DNA of 64,000 bases from positions 1,612,001 through 1,676,000 of the forward strand of contig OZ024760.1 of the NCBI GenBank assembly GCA_964016885.1, in the 5' to 3' direction. The stretch is from Eledone cirrhosa (lineage: Eukaryota). Position numbers and translations under genes: made by a program. The notes under the pieces are model-generated. The model had not been told where the DNA came from. It did not search any database and saw nothing but the letters and a program-made list of their open reading frames with translations. Of the stretch, positions 55,245-64,000 are shown one piece after another (positions within the stretch are counted from its first letter, which is position 1; each line of letters begins with the position of its first letter).

Positions 55245-56030
55245 CTTTTTCCTGAGAGGGTTGTAGAGGCAGAATCTTCAACCACTCCATTCAGGGGTCC
55301 TGTCAAAAGCAACCGTCTCTAACTGATCTGGCTGGACCCCCAAGTGAGACTATCTGAATTCATGGATGTTATCCAACAATCTTGCTCTGGGTCTCCTACC
55401 TGTTAGTATTGCCCATAAAATCTTTCCAGTGATTCTTTCCTGAGACATTCTAACCACATGCCCATAGTATTGGAGCTGTGATCTCTCAATTCGGAGAAGG
55501 AGCAGCTCTACCTGGAGTAACTCTCTGATATCTGAGCTACACACTCTTTCCTGAGACATTCTAACCACATGCCCATAGTATTGGAGCTGTAATCTCTCAA
55601 TTCAGAGAAGTAGCAGCTCTACCTGGAGTAACTCTCTGATATCTGAGCTACACACTCTTTCCTGAGACATTCTAACCACATGCCCATAGTATTGGAGCTG
55701 TGATCTCTCAATTCGGAGAAGGAGCAGCTCTACCTGGAGTAACTCTCTGATATCTGAGCTACACATTCTTTCCTGAGACATTCTAACCACATGCCCATAG
55801 TATTGGAGCTGTTATCTCTCAATTCAGAGAAGGAGCAGCTCTACCTGTAGTGACTCTCTGACCTCAAAGCTCTGCACTCTGTCGAGTAACCCCGAGGAAC
55901 CCCGTTTTGGCCACTTGTATTCGCAATCATATTTTTTCAGTCATTACCCAAGATTCATGACCATATGGAAGGGTTGGCATGACTACTGAATTGAAGATAA
56001 CGAGTTTGGCTTTTACACCAGTCTCCCTTC
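55245..56030 (-). mobile_element. RTE-like LINE fragment with four 111-bp tandem units
   Basis: LLLRIERSQLQYYGHVVRM...GRRPRAR; units start at 55434, 55545, 55656 and 55767. Confidence 0.85.
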
Positions 56031-56183
56031 CAAGAATCATCTAGTTTCTTGAAACCTCCGGTAATGAAATAATTATAATGTGGTGTTTATTATGTAAATA
56101 CATATATATACATATATATATACATATATATACATATACCTATATATATAGACATAGACTTATATATATATATATATATATAT

Positions 56184-56941
56184 CTAAGGCGGGTAAAATT
56201 CCCGAGATCCATGGACGAATTCTCTCCAGCGGTCTCTGTCCCTCATTATGGTTGCCATGTCCTGCGTCTCCAACAGACCAGTGTCTGTCCTTAGGGCATC
56301 AACATACATTAACCTTGGTCTTCCTCTTCTAGTGTGTCCATGTAGGGGCTCCCACAGGAGCACTGAGTGCAATGTCAACTCTGGATGTCGGTGAGCATGT
56401 CCAGCTAATATCAGTCTCCTCTGTGTCACTTTTGAGCTGACTTTTGGGATGCTCCCATACAGCTCTGAGTTTTTCATCCTCAGTGTATACTGATTAATGT
56501 TCAGAGCCATCCTCAGCATTCTCGTGTAGCACCCATCCACTATCTGAGGTATCGGATGCTGAATTTGCCGACGACATAGTTTTGGTGACAAATACAGTGA
56601 AGGAGGCAGAAGATTTGATGCGGGAGGTTGAGACTGTGTCGATGAGTGTGGGGCTGAGAATGAATGAGACTAAAACAAAATATCTGGTAGAGAATGTTGA
56701 GAAGCCAGAGGGGATCGCTAATGTAGGTGGGAAGCCGCTAGAATTGGTTGAGGGCTTCCTGTATTTGGGAGCAAAGATTGGGAATACGGAAGATGATGTG
56801 GTTGAGAGGAAGAGCAAAGCCTGGGCGGCGTGCCACAGCTTGAGATCGGTGTGGAAGTCGGACCTGAAAATCCGCCTCTTCATTGCTGTAGTGGAGTCTG
56901 TGCTGCTGTACGGGTCTGAGACTTGGACACTGACCAAGAAA
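56184..56941. mobile_element. RTE-like LINE copy (family of 16122-17005) with inverted 5' portion
   Basis: 56184-56547 matches 16122-16485 in the same orientation; 56548-56941 matches 16490-16896 inverted. Confidence 0.9.
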
Positions 56942-56953
56942 TATATATACATG

Positions 56954-57297
56954 GAGGCACATGGCTTAGTGGTTAGAGCATTGGCCTTGCAATCGAAAGG
57001 TTGTGAGTTCAATTCTCAGACCGGGTGATGTGTTGTTTCCTTGAGCAAGACACTTTATTTCACATTGCTCCAGTTTACTCAGCTGTAGAAATGAGATGAT
57101 AGGGACTGGGATCCCTATCATTCCACTGCAAAGTGGTCATGGAGGTGTCACGGCAAAAAAGCACCCAGCACTCACTGTAAATGAGGTTGGTGTTAGGAAG
57201 GGCATCCAGCTGTAGAAATCAAGCCAGAATCAGTTCCCGTCCCACCCTTGCTAGCAGGGAAAAGCGGACGTAAAATGAAATGATGATGAAATGATGA
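56954..57297 (+). mobile_element. Full-length family A SINE
   Basis: Near-identical to 11275-11610. Confidence 0.88.
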
Positions 57298-57333
57298 TAT
57301 ATATATAGACATAAACTTATATATATACCTATA

Positions 57334-57375
<42 letters not shown>

Positions 57376-57411
57376 TACATATATATATATACATATACAC
57401 ATATACTTATA

Positions 57412-57443
<32 letters not shown>

Positions 57444-57451
57444 CATCTACC

Positions 57452-57485
<34 letters not shown>

Positions 57486-57493
57486 CACATATA

Positions 57494-57538
<45 letters not shown>

Positions 57539-58944
57539 CCACCCCATAATGTATACACAATTTGATTAAAATGTTGAAGTGTGTATACATTTTTGGAGGA
57601 CACCCTCTATATATATATACACATTCATATATTCTTTAGCTAGCTGGCTAATTGTTGTTGTTGTAGTTGTGAGGATGGTGGTGGCAGTGGTGGTGGTGGT
57701 GGTGGTTATAATGATGGTGGTGGTGTGGTGGTGGTGGTGGTGGTTATAATGATGGTGGTGGTGTGGTGGTGGTGGGGGAGTTGAGAAACATGTTGACACA
57801 GACTTCACACATCAAAGGATTGCTTTGTTTACTGTGATATAAATTGGAAAAAATGGTACTGTGGTGGTGGTGGTGGTGGTGGTGGTGGTGGTGGTGGTGA
57901 TGGTGGTGGTGGTGGTGGTGGTGGTGGTGGTGGTGGTGGTGGTGGTGGTGGTGGTGGTGGTGGTGGTGGTGGTGGTGGTGGTGGTGGTGGTGATGGTGGT
58001 GGTGGTGGTGGTGGTGGTGGTGGTGGTGGTGGTGGTGGTGGTGGTGGTGGTAGTAACAGTGATGGTGGGGTTAATTGCAGTAGTAGTAGTAGTGGTGGTA
58101 ATTGTAGTATTAGTAGTAGTGGTAGTTGTAGTATTAGTGGTGGTGGTGATAGGGTTGCTGTAGTAATAGTAGTGGTAGTAGTAGTAGTAGTAGTAGTAAT
58201 AATAGTAGTAGTAGTAGTAGCAGCAGCAAGAGTGGTAATTGTAGCATTAGTAGTAGTGGTAGTTGTAGTATTAGTGGTAGTGATAGAGTTGTTGTAGTAG
58301 TAGTAGTAGTAATGGTGTTGGTAGTAGTAGTAGTATTGATGGTAATGGTAGTGATGGTGGTAGTAGTAGTGGTGGTGGTGGTGGTGGTAGTAGTAGTAGT
58401 AGTAGTGGTAATTGTAGTGTTAGTAGTGGTGGTAATTGTAGTGTTAGTAGTGGTGGTGGTGGCAATTGTTGTTGTAATATTAGTAGTAATAGTAGTAGTA
58501 GTAGTAGTAAGGAGAGTAGTTGCATGGCTGGGTGCTAATTGTATTAAGGAGGAGGCGGAGGGGGGGGGGGAATGATAAGACCATCTCTTGTTCATGATTC
58601 ATGGGGTTCTATCAACAAAGAGTGACAAATAGAGTTTCTTCAGGTGAAATGAACCTGCAATTGTTTCAAAAGACCCCCCCCCCCTCTTTATCCCAACCCA
58701 CTCTGTCCTACCCCCACCCAACCTACCACCCACCCAGGCGATCTATCTTTCTCTCTCTCACCCACCCACTTCCCTTCTTACCTCCCTTGAATATACAGAA
58801 TGGTAACAACAACAACTACTAAAACAACATCTTATCACAACAATAAATATATAAACATATATATCAATAACTTTTTGTCTACTCTGGGATTTTTACATAA
58901 CCTTACCTACTGAGTACGCTGAGATGCAACTGGTACTAGCAGGG

Positions 58945-59366
58945 AAACTTATGCTAGGCCTGTCTAAGACAATGACACTGGATCGAGACCTTTGGCGCCA
59001 TGCAGTTTTACAGAAGACCCGACTACCTTTGCATACAAACCTACAGTCAGTAGGCACCTCTTAAATCAATGTACACCCCACCGACACACCCTACCCGATC
59101 CCCCCTCTCCTGTTCTGTCCACTGTGTTGATGACACAACAGTCCACACTGTAAGGTGGCCGTGTAAGAGACACAGTGAAAAGGCTCCCAGTCCACACTGT
59201 AAATGTGGTTGGTGTTAGAAAGGGCATCCAGCTGTAAAAAAAAAAACCTGCTAGAGATGCTTCAGTGAGAGCAGGACATGGTCTCCCAACCATTCCTGCA
59301 TCAAATGGAACAAAACCGTCTAACCCATGCTAGCGTGGAAGATGGACGTTAAACGATGATGATGAT
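58945..59366 (+). mobile_element. RTE 3' end fragment
   Basis: Similar to 15370-15817 and ends in the (GAT)n tail. Confidence 0.75.
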
Positions 59367-61004
59367 ATATATATATCAATATATTAGGTATTAAATTAAC
59401 AATGAAAATAAAAACAACAAAGTCAATTTATTTTACCTATTCATACCATTGTTTTACGATCGTTTCTGAGGGTTGATCATTTTGACATATTGTCTGATCT
59501 ATAACAGTTATATAACTGTATACTATCAGACTTCATATATAGGTTCGATCAGACTGTCTTCTTCGAAAACAATGATTCTGGACACTCTGTATGTATGTAT
59601 CTATACTTGTGTAGAGATATGTATACTTTTCCGTTTAATATATAATTGTTTCTACTTTTGGCACCAGGCCAGCAATTATCACAGTACATTACTGGTACTT
59701 TATTTTATCGACCCCGTAAGGATGAAAGGCAAAGTTAACCTCGGCAGGATTTGAACTCAGAATGGCAAGGGCCGTAACTCTATGCGTCAAAGCATGGCGT
59801 CCGACTCTCTACTGATACTGCCAATCCACCGAATACACTCCATTATGGTGGAGTGAATATTTCAAACTACTTCTAGTAACACGTTGCCTGCCACCATCCT
59901 CTTTACTACTCTCCTGTTGACCAGTTGTCATGTGACAGTCATTTCATTTGCAATCTTCAGACAACGAATGGTTGGGAATTCTTGTCTTGAATTTTATTTC
60001 TGGACTGAGAAAGTCTCCTGGTGATTTGGGATTTCTCGCGATATTTTACTCAGAGTACCATTATTTTCTTCATGAAACTACAGTAGGGACATATATGTGT
60101 ATTTAAAAGCCAAACAGAAATAACAACACAATTGGTACAGTATATGGAAGGAATATATTAGGTTAATGCTTGGTATAGCAGGAAGAGAATATTAACCTTT
60201 TGGACGCTAGTCCTTCATCAGAAGAAAGAATGAGAAATTAGAAAGATTGAAGGGACGGGTGGGTTGGAATTGGAAAAAAGTGTCTTTAGATAAAAATAAC
60301 AGGTCCATATGAGTCCCAGGTTCAATTGGGGAGAACCACAGTAAGGTACTCAATAGATTAGTAGAGTGTATACAACAAATTTAATATAGAAATGGCTTCT
60401 ACTGGACTAGAACTGTTTTATTTGAATGATATTTGTTATATATATATAGAGAGAGAGAGAGAGACTGATATATATATACATACATATGATGATGATGATG
60501 GTGTGTGTCTGTGTCTCATAACTTAGCAGTTCAACACAAAAGAGATTGATAAAATAAGCACCAGGCCATGATAAAAAGAAATAAAGTACTGGGCTCGATA
60601 TGATCAGTAACATCATAATTGCTAAATGAAGCTGGTGGTGCTACAGCATGGCCACCGTCTCATGAGAGAAACCAGTAAAAGAATGAAAAAAAAAAAAATT
60701 ATATATATATATATATATATACACACAACAACAATAACAAAAACTGCAACAACAGTCATCCTTTCATCTTTGGATAAAATCATGAACCCCCCCACTTCAC
60801 CCACATCACCCCAAATCACTCCATTTCCTTTTAACTAAATAGTCTCAGCTGGTACAGAGCCCCCACCCCACTTCTGCTAGGCAAAGTTTATTTAAAAGAA
60901 GGTGGGGGGACTTTAGGTCCAATGACCAGAACAATCACTGACTGAGAATCTCCTTAGCCTCATTTTGAATTTGAGACTTTCAGACAAGTAAAAAGCACCA
61001 GAAA

Positions 61005-61683
61005 TCTAACCAGCCAGCCAGCCAACCAACAAGTTAGCCAACCAGCTAGTAAACCATCCTGCCAATCAGCCAACCAACAAGGCCATCCAACTAACCAACC
61101 AGCCAGCCAACTAGCAAGCCAGCTAGAAAATCAACCAGCCATCCATCCAACCAAACAATCAAGCAAGCAATCAGCCAGCTAGCTAGTCAATCAATAAGGC
61201 CAGCCAGCCAACCAAGCCAGCAACCAAGCAGCCAGCCAACCAACCAATCAAGCAAGCAAGCAACCAGCTAGCTAGTCAATCAATAAGGCCAGCCAGCCAA
61301 CCAAGCCAGCAATCAAGCAGCCAGCCAACCAACCAATCAAGCAAGTAAGCAACCAGCCAGCTAACCAAACAGACAGACACCCATCCAACCAACCAGCCAA
61401 ACACCCAACCAGTCAAGCAAGCAACCATCCAGCCAACCAACCAATTGTCAAGCAAGCAAGCAACTATCCAGCCAGCCAGCCAGCCAACCAACCAACCAGC
61501 CAGCTAGTCAACTAGACAGCCAATTAACCAACCATCTAGCCAGACAACCAATCAACCAATCAAGCAAGTAACCAGCCAGACAATCAACCAATCAAGCAAG
61601 TAACCAGCCAGACAATCAACCAACCAATCAAGCAAGTAACCAGCCAGCTAGTCAACCAGCCAGACAGCCAGTCAACCAACCAC
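61005..61683. repeat. Degenerate (CCAA/CCAG)n tetranucleotide satellite
   Basis: Read directly. Confidence 0.9.
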
Positions 61684-61880
61684 TGATTGACAAAGAGACA
61701 GAAAATATCAACAAAATCGCAGAAATCCATTTGTAAACCTCCTCCTCCTCCGAGGAAGGTGGACATTTTCCATTTTTTTCTTTTCTTTTTTTTCTTCGAA
61801 ATCAATTCCAATTCCTCACACTTGGATGCACTATTAGAAAGAGTCTCTGTGTCTCTAACTATCTCCCCCCCTCTCTCTCC

Positions 61881-61948
<68 letters not shown>

Positions 61949-62063
61949 AGTTCCACAACAAATTAGCAAACCATATTCAAGGAGTGCTCTACCAACTTTG
62001 GATATAACCACCCAGTTTTTTACCACTATATATATACACACACACACATATATATATACATAA

Positions 62064-62242
<179 letters not shown>

Positions 62243-62352
62243 TACATATACATATATGCATGTATATACATATATATATATATACATACATATATATATA
62301 CATATATATATATGTGTATATATACACACATAAGTACATTACACATACGTAT

Positions 62353-62455
<103 letters not shown>

Positions 62456-62799
62456 TATATTTATATATATATGTATATATATGCGTGTGTAGGTATCTAT
62501 ATTGACATACACAAATAAAAGGGACATTTGCAAACATAAAACCGAATTTCACGCAGTCTACTGGGATTAGTTTTTGGAAGGCACCCATCTGTGATGAGAG
62601 GCAAACAACTTGTATGGTCTTGAATGTCTGAGGGGCTAGGAAAAAGGTGAGGGAAGAGGAAAGGTCGCAGAACAGGCTGATAACAACCACCATAACAACA
62701 TCAAAAGCAACAATAACTGTAGAGAGAGAATCTTATGAAAGTTACCGAAAGTATTTCTAACCAACCAAGTAAGTCATCTTTCAAGCTAGCCAATCAAAC

Positions 62800-63780
62800 C
62801 TCAACTAACTAACCAAACCTTAGTTAGCCAACCAAACCGTTGTTAACCAACCAAACCTTAGTTAACCAACCAAACTATGTTAACCAACCAAACCTTAGGT
62901 AACCTATCAAACCTTAGTTAACCAAACAAACCTTTGTTAACCAAACCTTAGTTAACTAACCAAACTTTAGTTAACCAACCAAACCTTAGTTAACTAATCA
63001 AACCTTAGTTAACTAATCAAACCTTAGTTAACCAACCAAACTTTAGTTAACCAAACACACATTAGTTAACCAAACAAACCTTAGTTAACCAACCAAACCT
63101 TAGTTAACCAACCAAGCATTGGTTTAATAGTTAAAATTCAGCTAGGTTCCAAAAATGCAGCTAATCAGCCAAGCCCCAACTAACCAAACCTTTGTTTAGC
63201 TCTAAACTAACTAGCTAACCAATCAAATCACATTTTAATCAACTGAACCCAAATAACCAATCAAATCACAGTTTAATCAACCAAACCTCAACTAGCCAGC
63301 TAACTACCTAAACTAACCAGCTAACCGACCAAACCTCAACAAATCAACCAAACCTTCAAAATACTCAACTAACCAATCAAATCCTAGCTTAATCAGCTGA
63401 ACCCCAGCTAACCAATCAAATCACAGTTTAATAAACCACAGGTCAACTAACCAGCTAACCACCTAAACCAACCACCTAAACTAACTAGCTAACCAACCAG
63501 CTAACCAATCAAATATCAGTTTAATCAATTGAACCCCAACTAACCAATCAAATCACAGTTTAATAAACCACAGCTCAACTAACCAGTTACCCACCTAAAC
63601 TAACTAGCTAACCATCTAAACTGACCAATTAACTACCTCAACTAACCAGCTAACCAATGAAATCCTAGTTTAATCAACTGAACCCCAGTTAACCAATCAA
63701 ATCACAGTTTACTCAACTACACCTCACCTAGCCAGCTAACTACCTAAACTAGCCAGCTAACAGACCAGACCAAACCAGCC
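62800..63780. repeat. 18-bp minisatellite (aaccaaaccttagttaac) grading into degenerate longer repeats
   Basis: Repeated accttagttaaccaacca to ~63115, then aaccaatcaaatcacagtttaa units. Confidence 0.88.
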
Positions 63781-64000
63781 GTTGTTATATAAACAAATAT
63801 AGATGTGAGCATAAGACTGTGTAGCTACTTTTTATTTTCCATTCCACCCTACCACACCCTACCACACCACTCTCAACCCACACCCAAACCACCACCACCA
63901 CTATCACCACCCAGAACCTCACCCACACCACCACCACCACCACTATCACCACCCAGAACCTCACACCCACACCACCACCTTCCCCCTCTTCATCCCTTCT

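Noticed and set aside
59885-59910. Minus-strand GWW, candidate upstream otoferlin exon
   Set aside because: In-frame stops immediately upstream; flanking residues do not match.
62540-62640. Possible minus-strand exon after a polypyrimidine-TAG
   Set aside because: No frame resembles a ferlin and there is no convincing donor site.

Overview
AT-rich, (TA)n-saturated animal genomic DNA. The SINE/LINE repertoire suggests an octopus-like cephalopod (inference). The only host coding sequence I can support is the last two exons of an otoferlin-like ferlin on the minus strand (30580-30680 and 28428-28608); I found no upstream exon in the remaining ~33 kb, so most of the window is probably intron. 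The rest is degenerate RTE- and CR1-like LINEs, two tRNA-derived SINE families, Tc1/mariner, hAT and piggyBac-type MITEs, a non-autonomous Helitron, a Penelope GIY-YIG fragment and several satellites. The most striking signal is a dense set of type I hammerhead ribozyme (HHR) motifs: about 8 with intact cores (one the mirror copy in a palindrome) and about 10 mutated or half motifs, from many unrelated sequence families. Most lie in short elements next to (TA)n tracts, often folded into long palindromes or flanked by inverted repeats, which looks like a diverse Penelope-like/retrozyme-like mini-element system. Nearly all long ORFs in the track are microsatellite artefacts. All pairings and coordinates were read by eye, not computed.
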